From Eledone cirrhosa (Eukaryota), in the NCBI GenBank assembly GCA_964016885.1, contig OZ024740.1:106950001-107014000 (forward strand): 64,000 nt of DNA. The letters are read 5' to 3'. This document shows positions 1 through 55,061 of this stretch, piece after piece. Position numbers and translations under genes: made by a program. How positions within the stretch are numbered: the first letter of the stretch is position 1; every line of letters starts with the position of its first letter. The notes under the pieces are model-generated. The model did not search any database. It saw only the letters and a program-made list of their open reading frames with translations, and had not been told where the DNA came from.

Positions 1-3000
1 TGACTGGTTGTGAGAATATGTGTATATCTGTATGTGATATTGTCCATGACTGGATGTGAGAATATGTGTATATCTGTATGGGATATTGTGTATGACTGGC
101 TGTGAGAATATGTGTATATCTGTATGTTATAGTCCATGACTGGATGTGAGAATATGTGTATATCTGTATGTGATATTGTGTATGACTGGTTGTGAGAATA
201 TGTGTATATCTGTATGTGATATTGTGTATGACTGGATGTGAGAATATGTGTATATCTGTATGTGATATTGTGTATGACTGGATATGAGAATATGTGTATA
301 TCTGTATGTTATAGTCCATGATTGGCTGTGAGAATATGTGTATATCTGTATGTGATATTGTGTATGACTGGTTGTGAGAATATGTGTATATCTGTATGTG
401 ATATTGTGTATGACTGGCTGTGAGAATATGTGTATATCTGTATGTGATATTGTGTATGACTGACTGTGAGAATATGTGTATATCTGTATGTGATATTGTG
501 TATGACTGGCTGTGAGAATATGTGTATATCTGTATGTGATATTGTGTATGACTGGCTGTGAGAATATGTGTATATCTGTATGGGATATTGTGTATGACTG
601 GCTGTGAGAATATGTGTATATCTGTATGGGATATTGTGTATGACTGGCTGTGAGAATATGTGTATATCTGTATGGGATATTGTGTATGACTGGATGTGAG
701 AATATGTGTATATCTGTATGTTATAGTCCATGACTGGTTGTGAGAATATGTGTATATCTGTATGGGATATTGTGTATGACTGGATGTGAGAATATGTGTA
801 TATCTGTATGGGATATTGTGTATGACTGGATGTGAGAATATGTGTATATCTGTATGTTATAGTCCATGACTGGCTGTGAGAATATGTGTATATCTGTATG
901 GGATATTGTGTATGACTGGCTGTGAGAATATGTGTATATCTGTATGGGATATTGTGTATGACTGGCTGTGAGAATATGTGTATATCTGTATGTGATATTG
1001 TTTATGACTGGCTGTGAGAATATGTGTATATCTGTATGGGATATTGTGTATGACTGGCTGTGAGAATATGTGTATATCTGTATGGGATATTGTGTATGAC
1101 TGGCTGTGAGAATATGTGTATATCTGTATGTTATAGTCCATGACTGGATGTGAGATTATGTGTATATCTGTATGTGATATTGTGTATGACTGGATGTGAG
1201 AATATGTGTATATCTGTATGGGATATTGTGTATGACTGGCTGTGAGAATATGTGTATATCTGTATGTGATATTGTGTATGACTGGATGTGAGAATATGTG
1301 TATATCTGTATGTTATATTGTGTATGACTGGATGTGAGAATATGTGTATATCTGTATGTGATATTGTGTATGACTGGCTGTGAGAATATGTGTATATCTG
1401 TATGTGATATTGTGTATGACTGGATGTGAGAATATGTGTATATCTGTATGTTATATTGTGTATGACTGGATGTGAGAATATGTGTATATCTGTATGTGAT
1501 ATTGTGTATGACTGGCTGTGAGAATATGTGTATATCTGTATGTGATATTGTGTATGACTGGTTGTGAGAATATGTGTATATCTGTATGTTATAGTCCATG
1601 ACTGGCTGTGAGAATATGTGTATATCTGTATGTGATATTGTGTATGACTGGCTGTGAGAATATGTGTATATCTGTATGTGATATTGTCCATGACTGGATG
1701 TGAGAATATGTGTATATCTGTATGGGATATTGTGTATGACTGGTTGTGAGAATATGTGTATATCTGTATGTGATATTGTCCATGACTGGATGTGAGAATA
1801 TGTGTATATCTGTATGTGATATTGTGTATGACTGGTTGTGAGAATATGTGTATATCTGTATGTGATATTGTCCATGACTGGATGTGAGAATATGTGTATA
1901 TCTGTATGGGATATTGTGTATGACTGGCTGTGAGAATATGTGTATATCTGTATGTTATAGTCCATGACTGGATGTGAGAATATGTGTATATCTGTATGTG
2001 ATATTGTGTATGACTGGTTGTGAGAATATGTGTATATCTGTATGTGATATTGTGTATGACTGGATGTGAGAATATGTGTATATCTGTATGTGATATTGTG
2101 TATGACTGGATATGAGAATATGTGTATATCTGTATGTTATAGTCCATGATTGGCTGTGAGAATATGTGTATATCTGTATGTGATATTGTGTATGACTGGT
2201 TGTGAGAATATGTGTATATCTGTATGTGATATTGTGTATGACTGGCTGTGAGAATATGTGTATATCTGTATGTGATATTGTGTATGACTGACTGTGAGAA
2301 TATGTGTATATCTGTATGTGATATTGTGTATGACTGGCTGTGAGAATATGTGTATATCTGTATGTGATATTGTGTATGACTGGCTGTGAGAATATGTGTA
2401 TATCTGTATGTGATATTGTGTATGACTGGTTGTGAGAATATGTGTATATCTGTATGTGATATTGTGTATGACTGGTTGTGAGAATATGTGTATATCTGTA
2501 TGTGATATTGTGTATGACTGGTTGTGAGAATATGTGTATATCTGTATGTGATATTGTGTATGACTGGTTGTGAGAATATGTGTATATCTGTATGGGTAAT
2601 TGTGTATGACTGGTTGTGAGAATATGTGTATATCTGTATGGGATATTGTGTATGACTGGTTGTGAGAATATGTGTATATCTGTATGTTATAGTCCATGAC
2701 TGGTTGTGAGAATATGTGTATATCTGTATGGGATATTGTGTATGACTGGATGTGAGAATATGTGTATATCTGTATGGGATATTGTGTATGACTGGATGTG
2801 AGAATATGTGTATATCTGTATGTTATAGTCCATGACTGGCTGTGAGAATATGTGTATATCTGTATGGGATATTGTGTATGACTGGCTGTGAGAATATGTG
2901 TATATCTGTATGGGATATTGTGTATGACTGGCTGTGAGAATATGTGTATATCTGTATGTGATATTGTTTATGACTGGCTGTGAGAATATGTGTATATCTG

Positions 3001-5137
3001 TATGGGATATTGTGTATGACTGGCTGTGAGAATATGTGTATATCTGTATGGGATATTGTGTAAGACTGGCTGTGAGAATATGTGTATATCTGTATGTTAT
3101 AGTCCATGACTGGATGTGAGATTATGTGTATATCTGTATGTGATATTGTGTATGACTGGATGTGAGAATATGTGTATATCTGTATGGGATATTGTGTATG
3201 ACTGGCTGTGAGAATATGTGTATATCTGTATGTGATATTGTGTATGACTGGATGTGAGAATATGTGTATATCTGTATGTTATATTGTGTATGACTGGATG
3301 TGAGAATATGTGTATATCTGTATGTGATATTGTGTATGACTGGCTGTGAGAATATGTGTATATCTGTATGTGATATTGTGTATGACTGGATGTGAGAATA
3401 TGTGTATATCTGTATGTTATATTGTGTATGACTGGATGTGAGAATATGTGTATATCTGTATGTGATATTGTGTATGACTGGCTGTGAGAATATGTGTATA
3501 TCTGTATGTGATATTGTGTATGACTGGTTGTGAGAATATGTGTATATCTGTATGTTATAGTCCATGACTGGCTGTGAGAATATGTGTATATCTGTATGTG
3601 ATATTGTGTATGACTGGCTGTGAGAATATGTGTATATCTGTATGTGATATTGTCCATGACTGGATGTGAGAATATGTGTATATCTGTATGGGATATTGTG
3701 TATGACTGGTTGTGAGAATATGTGTATATCTGTATGTGATATTGTCCATGACTGGATGTGAGAATATGTGTATATCTGTATGTGATATTGTGTATGACTG
3801 GTTGTGAGAATATGTGTATATCTGTATGTGATATTGTCCATGACTGGATGTGAGAATATGTGTATATCTGTATGGGATATTGTGTATGACTGGCTGTGAG
3901 AATATGTGTATATCTGTATGTTATAGTCCATGACTGGATGTGAGAATATGTGTATATCTGTATGTGATATTGTGTATGACTGGTTGTGAGAATATGTGTA
4001 TATCTGTATGTGATATTGTGTATGACTGGATGTGAGAATATGTGTATATCTGTATGTGATATTGTGTATGACTGGATATGAGAATATGTGTATATCTGTA
4101 TGTTATAGTCCATGATTGGCTGTGAGAATATGTGTATATCTGTATGTGATATTGTGTATGACTGGTTGTGAGAATATGTGTATATCTGTATGTGATATTG
4201 TGTATGACTGGCTGTGAGAATATGTGTATATCTGTATGTGATATTGTGTATGACTGACTGTGAGAATATGTGTATATCTGTATGTGATATTGTGTATGAC
4301 TGGCTGTGAGAATATGTGTATATCTGTATGTGATATTGTGTATGACTGGCTGTGAGAATATGTGTATATCTGTATGTGATATTGTGTATGACTGGTTGTG
4401 AGAATATGTGTATATCTGTATGTGATATTGTGTATGACTGGTTGTGAGAATATGTGTATATCTGTATGTGATATTGTGTATGACTGGTTGTGAGAATATG
4501 TGTATATCTGTATGTGATATTGTGTATGACTGGTTGTGAGAATATGTGTATATCTGTATGGGATATTGTGTATGACTGGTTGTGAGAATATGTGTATATC
4601 TGTATGGGATATTGTGTATGACTGGTTGTGAGAATATGTGTATATCTGTATGTTATAGTCCATGACTGGATGTGAGAATATGTGTATATCTGTATGGGAT
4701 ATTGTGTATGACTGGCTGTGAGAATATGTGTATATCTGTATGTGATATTGTGTATGACTGGCTGTGAGAATATGTGTATATCTGTATGGGATATTGTGTA
4801 TGACTGGATGGGAGAATATGTGTATATCTGTATGGGATATTGTGTATGACTGGCTGTGAGAATATGTGTATATCTGTATGGGATATTGTGTATGACTGGC
4901 TGTGAGAATATGTGTATATCTGTATGGGATATTGTGTATGACTGGATGGGAGAATATGTGTATATCTGTATGGGATATTGTGTATGACTGGCTGTGAGAA
5001 TATGTGTATATCTGTATGGGATATTGTGTATGACTGGATGGGAGAATATGTGTATATCTGTATGGGATATTGTGTATGACTGGATGGGAGAATATGTGTA
5101 TATCTGTATGGGATATTGTGTATGACTGGTTGTGAGT
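1..5137. repeat. Tandem satellite of 46-bp monomers (44-bp variant) with a 1966-bp higher-order repeat
   Basis: Monomer TGACTGG[ATC]TGTGAGAATATGTGTATATCTGTATG[TG]GATATTGTGTA; short variant ends TTATAGTCCA. ORF-track blocks recur at +1966 (857/2823, 1131/3097, 2137/4103). Runs off the left edge. Confidence 0.97.
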
Positions 5138-5159
5138 TTATTTGTCTATACTATAGTCT

Positions 5160-5390
5160 GATTTGTCATGGTAGCTGATTTGGCAGAAATAGTAGAGCAT
5201 CTGATGAAATGCCATGAGGGTGTTTGTTCTAGCTCTTTACATACTGAGTTAAAATCCCGCAAAGGTCAACATCAGCTTTCATCCTTCCAGGGTTGTTAAA
5301 ATAAACTACCTGTCAAGTACTGGAGTTGATTAAATCAACTTTGCCCCTCGCCAAAATTTGTTGACTTTGTGCCTTAATTAGAAATTATGA
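5160..5390 (+). mobile_element. tRNA-derived SINE copy (family with many copies in the window)
   Basis: Box-B-like GAGTT(C/A)AAATCCCGC followed by GGTCAAC..CTTTCATCCTT; related copies at about 7530-7690, 8040-8170(-), 40600-40830(-), 44820-44950(-), 46400-46815(-), 46990-47140(+), 47280-47450(-), 48450-48640(-). Boundaries approximate. Confidence 0.7.
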
Positions 5391-5499
5391 TTTAGCTATT
5401 TGGGAAATTTTTAGAAGTGTGATGCATTAGAAAAACATAATTGTCTGAGTTGTGAGACTAAATCCCACCAAAAGTGTTCACAAATCCTGTTATAGCTGC

Positions 5500-5830
5500 T
5501 GACATAGCTGTAGGGTTAAAAATTTCGCTCTGGAACCAAGTGGTTTTGGACCCAGTCCCACTACGTGGGACCTTCGAGCAAATGTCATCTACTATAGCAT
5601 CCGGTTAAATAATATTTGCGAGTGAAATTTGATAGACAGAAACTGTGGCAGGGCTTTACATTTACTGTTTGTTTATATCCCGTAACATAGAAGTTCGACA
5701 TAAAGAAATCGATAAAATAAGTACTAGATTTAAAAAGAATAAGTACGGTTGTCGATATGATCGACTAAATCCCTTCAAGGCGATGCTCTAATATGACTGC
5801 AGTCTAATGACTGAAACCGGTAAAACAATA
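5500..5830 (+). mobile_element. Second SINE-like interspersed repeat
   Basis: tRNA-like head (GGGTTAAAAATTTCGCT..CCCAGTCCCACTACGTGG); related segment at about 39150-39320. Boundaries approximate. Confidence 0.45.
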
Positions 5831-6804
5831 AAAAAAAAATTTTAATTCCTCTGGAAGTCAGCTTAACCTGTGAAAGCTTCAAATTAATATCCTCAGCAAA
5901 TAATTATATTTAGTTAAATTGTTTATAATTATATTTAGTTAATTGTGAATAAATAATTCAGTTAAATTGTTTATAATGCCCCTTGCATTAAATATAATAC
6001 CAATAACTTACTGTATTTTTCGGGTTATAAGACGCATCCTCCTTTTGAAAAAAAAAAGTTTTGGAAGAAAAGAAAAAGGATCAGGGTAAGGGAAAGTTGC
6101 AGGGGATAATTTGTTGAAGAAACGAGGTGGGCAGGTGAAAGATGGTATAAAAAGGATCCGTCTTTAGGTGTTTGTGTTTGGGGTAAAAGCAACAATACTC
6201 TCTGAATGCCCCCTGTATAGTTAACCATTTACTTATATTTCTAATGAAAGACACTGCCTATGATTTTCAAATAGTTTTGAAAATAATCAAGATTTGGATG
6301 GATTTAGTAATATAACTAACTTTCCCATTATTAAGCTGGTATTTGGAACATAATTTAACCAAGGTTCTTACATATAATTATTGTTACCGTATTTTTAATG
6401 AAAGATGCTATCTATAATTTTCAAACAATTTTGAAAATAATCAATAATTTGAGGGATTTTATATTATAACTAACTTTCTCATTATTAAGCTAATGTTTGA
6501 AACATAAATGTTCTTACATAAAATTATGATATAAGGTTTTTAGATAAATATAAATACTTCAAGTTAATCAGCTCAGTATCGTAGAATCAGGAGTAGTTCC
6601 AGGCAAGTTGATATTAAAATGGTTAGGTTAGTGTTAGCATATTTAATTCAGGAAGCATAGCTATCTAGAGATGTATATAAGGTGAGGAGAAAAAAAACTG
6701 TTAATCCTTAACTAATATTGGTTTAATTTTTTCGGGAAGAGTATGATGTTAACTTCGATTCGTAAACACTAGTTTTTTCTCTGTTGGAAATTGGTAAAGA
6801 TGTA

Positions 6805-6810
6805 TTTATT
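6805..6810 (-). promoter_or_regulatory. Candidate polyadenylation signal of the chitinase-like gene
   Basis: AATAAA on the minus strand about 180 nt downstream of the stop at 6988; the region is AT-rich, so this could be chance. Confidence 0.35.
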
Positions 6811-6987
6811 GTTTATATGACTATAAATTGATAAAACATACAGAAAAAAACCCAGTACAATAAATGTCATAAATGAGAGGAAAGGGAAGGAAGAGCAAGG
6901 ACTACTAGACGAATAAATAAATAGATAAAATAAATAAAGAAAGAAAGAAAGAAAGAAGGGGAGAGGATGACAGACTCTACACATAAG

Positions 6988-46353
<39,366 letters not shown>

Positions 46354-48941
46354 TTTTTCTGAAAATAATGATTGGAATAATAATTATTAATCTTTCTAAC
46401 ATTGGCACAAGGCCAGCAATTTTGAGGGCCGAGAAATGTCGATTATATCGACTCGAGTACTTAACTGTTACTTATTTTATCGACCCCGCGAGGATAAAAG
46501 GTAAAGTTTATCACGATCGGATTTGAACTCATAACTTTTAAAGTTGTAACAAAATGCCACAAAGCATTTTGTCCGATGCTCTACCGATACTGTTAATCTT
46601 TTGAATAATAAAAATAATACTGCCTTTTGAATAATAAAAATAATTGCTTCTACTTTTGGCACAAGGTCAGCAATTTACCCACTGGTACTTTATTTTATCG
46701 ACCCCATAAGGATGAAAGGCAAAGTTAACCTTGGCGGGATTTGAACTCAGAATGGCAAGAGCCGTAACTCTATGCGTCAAAGCATGGCGTCCGACCCTCT
46801 ACCGATACTGCCAAATAATGTTACTTTAGTATACAAATATATATAATATCGTATCCGTATGTAATTATTCTCATTAAGTTTAGATCCTAATAGGAACCAA
46901 ATTCATGACACTATCCATAATCCATAAATACACTCAGACATGACTTGGTTTATCAATTCATGATTGGTTTTGTATGTTATATTCGACAGGAAGGGTGGTG
47001 GGTTGACAGAATCACTAGGGTGTCGGACAAAATACTTTGTTTCGGTTCTTTACGTTGTGAGTTCAAATCTCGCCGAGGTCAACTTTGTTTTTCATCCTTT
47101 CGAGGTCAATAAAATAATGTACGAGTCAAGTACTGGGGTGTTATATCAAACGGTAGATATGAAGTTACACTGTCGATCGTAAAGGGTGCGGCGATTATGC
47201 AGCCTGCAATTTATCCTGTGCAAAGTATGGCTGGTAGCATAACCAAACGAAATGTACTAGTATAGTAATTTTTTCTTCTTTTGGAACAAGGCCAGCAATT
47301 ATCCCAGTACATTACTGGTACTTTATTTTATTGACCACGTAAGGATGAAATGCAAAGTTAACCTCGGCGGTATTTGAACTCAGTTCGTAAAGGAAGGTAA
47401 CTATGCTGGAAAGCATGGCGTCGACCCTCTACCGATACTGCCAATCCACCAATGCAGCAACGTTGGTGCAATTAGAATCAACATCATGTTACACTTTATT
47501 CTTTTTCACAAGTAGAGTTAAGAAGGACAATGCAGGAACGTAAAAAGACAGTAAAACCATTAATCTAACTCCTAAATGATGCTGACTGGAAAGTGCAGGT
47601 ATATTTGAAGGAAGCGCCTGAGCTTCGAAGCTGTATTGCAATAATGATTCAACGCCCAGACCTTATAACATGATTTGACACGACGAAAACGTCCTGATTG
47701 TTGAGTTGACCAGATCCAAGATGTATGGATCCCTTGCTACCGATGGAGTTGCAGGAGCGCCGTTGTGCCTTGGGCATTTTAAGCCTTGTAAATCCCCCCC
47801 CCCCTCCATGTCTGAACGCAGTCGTTTCTTCCAGAAAAGGAGAGAGTGGAAATGAGGAAGAGATATAGAGGAAAAATCGACGTCAGTATTATACTGGTAC
47901 TTTTTTTATCAAACTTGAAATTCAGGACGTAGAAAGCAGGAGCAAATACCAGAAAACATTGTATCCGACGTTCTAATATCTCTGTCAATTCGCTGCCTAT
48001 GGACACAAATAGGAAAGGGCTAAAATATTAAAGACTTAGGGTGTCGTGTGAAGCTAGACGAGGGCAGAGTAGGATGCTTCCAGGTGGATTTGTAAGAGTT
48101 TGCACCGAGATTTATAATACCCTGCCTAGCCAGCGTTTGACTAAGGAAGAACAGCAGAGGAGGGCTTCCTGAACAGGAGAAGGGTATATAAAATGCCAAA
48201 ATTGTCCTGATCGCTAATCGACAGTCACGATGTATATTAAAATGCTATTGCTTAGTAGTACGGTAAAATGTCAAAAAACTTCGTCTTTAAATGCAGATAC
48301 CAGTGATCAGTTCACATAAGTGCGACAACACTTCCCGACACTTCATAAAATACAATACAATTATATTTAGAAATAAATGAAAACGAACGCAAGAGATTTG
48401 TGTGTTCTTAAATGGCTAAATTGATTTGTCTACCTTTAAAATGATTAGTAATTTTGGCACAAGACCGAAAATTTGGGTGGAGGCGAAAGTCGATTACATC
48501 GACCCTCAGTATTTTAACTGGTTCTTTATTTTATCGGCACCGAAAGAGGAATTTGAACTCAGAACGTAAAGATCCGAAACAAATACACCAAACCATTTTG
48601 TCTGACGCTCCAACGATTCTGTCAATCAACCACTCTTGATGAAATGATAATTATAACCAAAGGTGACGTGTACTTTTTACCTCCATAGTCACATATGCTT
48701 AGTGAATATTAATTGTTCACATGTGTGTGTGTGTGTGTGTGTGTTAAGGTGGTGCACCCAGCACTGCCGCAGTCGAATGACTGAAGACAGTAAAATTATA
48801 AAGAGATTAATATCGTTTTACGTTTGCCTTCAATACGAGCGTGGATTTAAGGTGTCGACACGGTCCGAGACCTGACAGTTCGGAGACTCAAGTCTGTCAC
48901 TCCAGCGTTCCATATGCATACACACAGAGACATTCTCATAC

Positions 48942-49096
<155 letters not shown>

Positions 49097-49541
49097 TATC
49101 AGTTATAAACTTTTATAAACTGCTCTATATCAGTTATAAACTTTTAAGTTTGTTGGAATCCCAACAAATTAAATATAACTTCTACATATATATATGGGGA
49201 GGGGGGTATGTATATAGTGTTAGAATATTCTTGACGCGAAATATATGAACAAGACGAAAACACCCTAACAAAAACTAAATAGGTGTTTTCAATTTTGTTC
49301 GCTTTCATATTGATTTCAAAATTATCTATTGTTTATTCCGAGACGTAAGCAATTGATAATGTCAAAATATTATAGAGAACAATATTGCCGATGTACGTAC
49401 CGTGTATCGTATTAAAACGCCTGGGAAGAAAGTCTAATAGGTAACAGAAAAGATCGCAGCCTTGTGAAATGAAGTTCTTTGGTAGATTCAGCTTATAGAT
49501 ATAGCAGTATATATATATATATGTGTGAGTGTGTATGTATG

Positions 49542-49622
<81 letters not shown>

Positions 49623-49655
49623 AGGAGGTGAGTTTTAGCACAATAAAGCAATGCA

Positions 49656-49687
<32 letters not shown>

Positions 49688-49888
49688 TACATACATACGA
49701 TATATATATATTTACGTATATATATATATATATATCGTATGTACAAGTGACAACTGCATACAATGAGAGATCCTTCAGCCAATTATATATCCCGGAGATA
49801 AATGAAAAGAAAAATACCTGTTTATCAGCATATTCATTCTACATATAAATACACACACACCCCTGCGTACATACACACACACCTGCAT

Positions 49889-49944
<56 letters not shown>

Positions 49945-50200
49945 GCATACAAACATGTACACTTGAATACACTAACACATACATACATAACATACATAAA
50001 TAACATACATACATAACGTACATACATATATACATAACATAGATACATACATGCATACATAACATACATGCACACATACATAACATACATGCACACATAC
50101 ATAACATACATGCATACATACATAACAGACATACATACATAAATACATACATACGTAACATACATACATACATACATACATACATACATACATACATACA

Positions 50201-50229
<29 letters not shown>

Positions 50230-50231
<2 letters not shown>

Positions 50232-52191
50232 GGTGGCTGCCAACTCGTTTTCGAGTACGGCCACTACTTTATATGTAGGAGAACCCCTACCGATGCGCTA
50301 AACAAGTGTGACTTTTTAGCCCAGCCAGCTACTTGAAAACTCTGGAACAAACACTACACTTGTGACCATTATTGATACATAGTGCGCGGCCCATGGTACC
50401 ATGTGACGACAAGTGCAGAGAGATCTCCAGATATAAAGCAATGCCTGTGCCGTGAAGCTTTTATAGTGAGCAAAGGCACTGCTCAAAGCCAGTCCCACTC
50501 TCTTAACCAAGATGATATTTACCAAAAAGAAGAACATGTCAACATCATTGGATACCATCAGAGTTGCAGGTGTTATATCATATATCAGAGTTTTCCTTCT
50601 CCTATAATTCTGCCTTGACAAAGGCTAAGGGGTCATCTCTCCCGGTGATTTTGGATGGCTATTGACTCTTAAGAGCTCCTTTGCCCTTTGACAGGTTTTG
50701 TTTTTAGTCCTGCAGGATGTCCAAAGTCACCCTCCTCACCAAGAAACCTTGGTGGGGTTGCCAGTTTAGTCGCCAACGACCCGACCATGAGACAGGTTGT
50801 ACTGGGATACATGTTACCAGCAGCAACTGGTGACCTGACATACATACATATACATAGATATATACATACATATACATACATACATATAAAACCTACATAT
50901 ATACATATATACATACATATACATACATATATACATACATATACATACATACATAACATACATACATAACATACATACATACATATATACATATACATAC
51001 GTACATACATAACATACATACATAACATACATGCATACATACATAACATACATACATATATACATACATATGGTGGCTGCCAACTCGTTTTCGAGTACGG
51101 CCACTACTTTATATCCATGTAGGAGAACCTCTACCGATGCGCTGAACAAGTGTGACTTAGTCCAGCCAGTGACTTGAAAACTCTGGTACAAACACTACAC
51201 TTGTGACAATTATTGACACATAGTGCTGGGCCCATGGTACCATGTGACGACAAGTGCAGAGAGATCTCCAGATATAAAGCAATGCCTGTGCCGTGAAGCT
51301 TTTATAGTGAGCAAAGGCACTGCACAAAGCCAGTCCCACTCTCTTAACCAAGATGATATTTACCAAAAAGAACATATATACATATATACATATATACATA
51401 TATACATATATACATACATATACATACATAACATACATACATACATACATACATACATACATACATACATACATACATACATACATAACATACATATACA
51501 AACATATACATACATACATGGTGGCTGCCAACTCGTTTTCGAGTACGGCCACTACTTTATATCCATGTAGGAGAACTCCTACCAATGCGCTGAACGAGTG
51601 TGGCTTTTTAGTCCAGCTAGCCACCTGAAAACTCTGGTACAAACATTACACTTGTGACAATTATTGATACATAGTGCTGGGCCCATGGTACCATGTGAGG
51701 ACAAGTGCAGAGAGATCTCCAGATATAAAGCAATGCCTGTGCCGTGAAGCTTTTATAGTGAGCAAAGGCACTGCATAAAGCCAGTCCCACTCTCTTAACC
51801 AAGATGATATTTACCAAAAAGAAGAACAAGTCAACATCATTGGATACCATCAGAGTTGCAGGTGTTATATCAGAGTTTTCCTTCTCCTAGAATTCTGCCT
51901 TGACAAAGGCTAAGGGGTCATCTCTCCCGGTGATTTTGGATGGCCATTGACTCTTAAGAGCTCCTTTGCCCTTTGACAGGTTTTGTTTTTAGTCCTGCAG
52001 GATGTCCAAAGTCACCCTCCTCACCAAGAAAACTTGGTGGGGTTGCCAGTTTAGTCGCCAACGACCCGACCATGAGACAGGTTGTACTGGGATACATGTT
52101 ACCAGTAGCACCAACTGGTGACCTGACAACATACATACATACATACATACATACATACATACATACATACATACATACATACATACATACA

Positions 52192-52222
<31 letters not shown>

Positions 52223-54120
52223 GGTGGCTGCCAACTCGTTTTCGAGTACGGCCACTACTTTATATGTAGGAGAACCCCTACCGATGCGCTAAACAAGTGT
52301 GACTTTTTAGCCCAGCCAGCTACTTGAAAACTCTGGAACAAACACTACACTTGTGACCATTATTGATACATAGTGCGCGGCCCATGGTACCATGTGACGA
52401 CAAGTGCAGAGAGATCTCCAGATATAAAGCAATGCCTGTGCCGTGAAGCTTTTATAGTGAGCAAAGGCACTGCTCAAAGCCAGTCCCACTCTCTTAACCA
52501 AGATGATATTTACCAAAAAGAAGAACATGTCAACATCATTGGATACCATCAGAGTTGCAGGTGTTATATCATATATCAGAGTTTTCCTTCTCCTATAATT
52601 CTACCTTGACAAAGGCTAAGGGGTCATCTCTCCCGGTGATTTTGGATGGCTATTGACTCTTAAGAGCTCCTTTGCCCTTTGACAGGTTTTGTTTTTAGTC
52701 CTGCAGGATGTCCAAAGTCACCCTCCTCACCAAGAAACCTTGGTGGGGTTGCCAGTTTAGTCGCCAACGACCCGACCATGAGACAGGTTGTACTGGGATA
52801 CATGTTACCAGCAGCAACTGGTGACCTGACATACATACATATACATAGATATATACATACATATACATACATACATATAAAACCTACATATATACATATA
52901 TACATACATATACATACATATATACATACATATACATACATACATAACATACATACATAACATACATACATACATATATACATATACATACGTACATACA
53001 TAACATACATACATAACATACATGCATACATACATAACATACATACATATATACATACATATGGTGGCTGCCAACTCGTTTTCGAGTACGGCCACTACTT
53101 TATATCCATGTAGGAGAACCTCTACCGATGCGCTGAACAAGTGTGACTTAGTCCAGCCAGTGACTTGAAAACTCTGGTACAAACACTACACTTGTGACAA
53201 TTATTGACACATAGTGCTGGGCCCATGGTACCATGTGACGACAAGTGCAGAGAGATCTCCAGATATAAAGCAATGCCTGTGCCGTGAAGCTTTTATAGTG
53301 AGCAAAGGCACTGCACAAAGCCAGTCCCACTCTCTTAACCAAGATGATATTTACCAAAAAGAACATATATACATATATACATATATACATACATATACAT
53401 ACATAACATACATACATACATACATACATACATACATACATACATACATACATACATACATACATACATACATACATAACATACATATACAAACATATAC
53501 ATACATACATGGTGGCTGCCAACTCGTTTTCGAGTACGGCCACTACTTTATATCCATGTAGGAGAACTCCTACCAATGCGCTGAACGAGTGTGGCTTTTT
53601 AGTCCAGCTAGCCACCTGAAAACTCTGGTACAAACATTACACTTGTGACAATTATTGATACATAGTGCTGGGCCCATGGTACCATGTGAGGACAAGTGCA
53701 GAGAGATCTCCAGATATAAAGCAATGCCTGTGCCGTGAAGCTTTTATAGTGAGCAAAGGCACTGCATAAAGCCAGTCCCACTCTCTTAACCAAGATGATA
53801 TTTACCAAAAAGAAGAACAAGTCAACATCATTGGATACCATCAGAGTTGCAGGTGTTATATCAGAGTTTTCCTTCTCCTAGAATTCTGCCTTGACAAAGG
53901 CTAAGGGGTCATCTCTCCCGGTGATTTTGGATGGCCATTGACTCTTAAGAGCTCCTTTGCCCTTTGACAGGTTTTGTTTTTAGTCCTGCAGGATGTCCAA
54001 AGTCACCCTCCTCACCAAGAAACCTTGGTGGGGTTGCCAGTTTAGTCGCCAACGACCCGACCATGAGACAGGTTGTACTGGGATACATGTTACCAGTAGC
54101 ACCAACTGGTGACCTGACAA
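50230..54120 (-). repeat. Tandem array (1991-bp period, two copies) of a ~600-bp unclassified repeat separated by (TACA)n
   Basis: ORF-track duplicates at +1991 (50316/52307, 51157/53148). Each period holds three sub-copies starting TGGTGGCTGCCAACTCG (about 50231, 51071, 51519). Confidence 0.9.
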
Positions 54121-54146
54121 CATACATACATACATACATACATACA

Positions 54147-54178
<32 letters not shown>

Positions 54179-54674
54179 CATACATATACATACATACATA
54201 TACATACATAACATACATACATTCATACATAGACACACACACACACATACATACATACATACATACATACATACATACATACATACATACATACATACAT
54301 ACATACATACATGTATGTATATATACTCATATGCGTGATACTAATAAGACATTGTGTTTTTGCATCTTTGTTTGCCTTATTTTTTTAACTATATACATAC
54401 ACATATACTTACACAGACACACGCACACACACACACACACACTCCCACATACACACACACACACATGTATGTATGCATGTATGTATGTATGTATGTATGT
54501 ATGTATGTATGTATGTATGTATGTATGTATGTATGTATGTATATGCATACATACTTGAAAACATACAGACCCATTCATATAATTGTTTCTAATGTCATTC
54601 AGACAGATATAATTACTTAGTTGATATTGACAAAACTGTAGTGAAAGAACCTTGATTCTGGGTAAGAAACCGGC

Positions 54675-54833
<159 letters not shown>

Positions 54834-54939
54834 TGTGAGAAACTTAAAACAAACAAAAGCCGAACACATTTACACAAACACACACGCATTCACATACATA
54901 TAGACACGCACAAACTCACATATATATATATATATGTAC

Positions 54940-55061
<122 letters not shown>

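Noticed and set aside
309-4663. Long H/I/Y/T-rich ORFs
   Set aside because: Translations of the 46-bp satellite; the monomer is not a multiple of 3 and the same text appears in all three frames.
1-5137. CRISPR-like regular repeats
   Set aside because: No unique spacers, no cas genes, eukaryotic context.
50755-50840. Possible HDV-like ribozyme on the minus strand of the 600-bp repeat
   Set aside because: P2- and P4-like pairings exist, but L3 is too short and no P1 could be built by eye; needs a covariance-model search.
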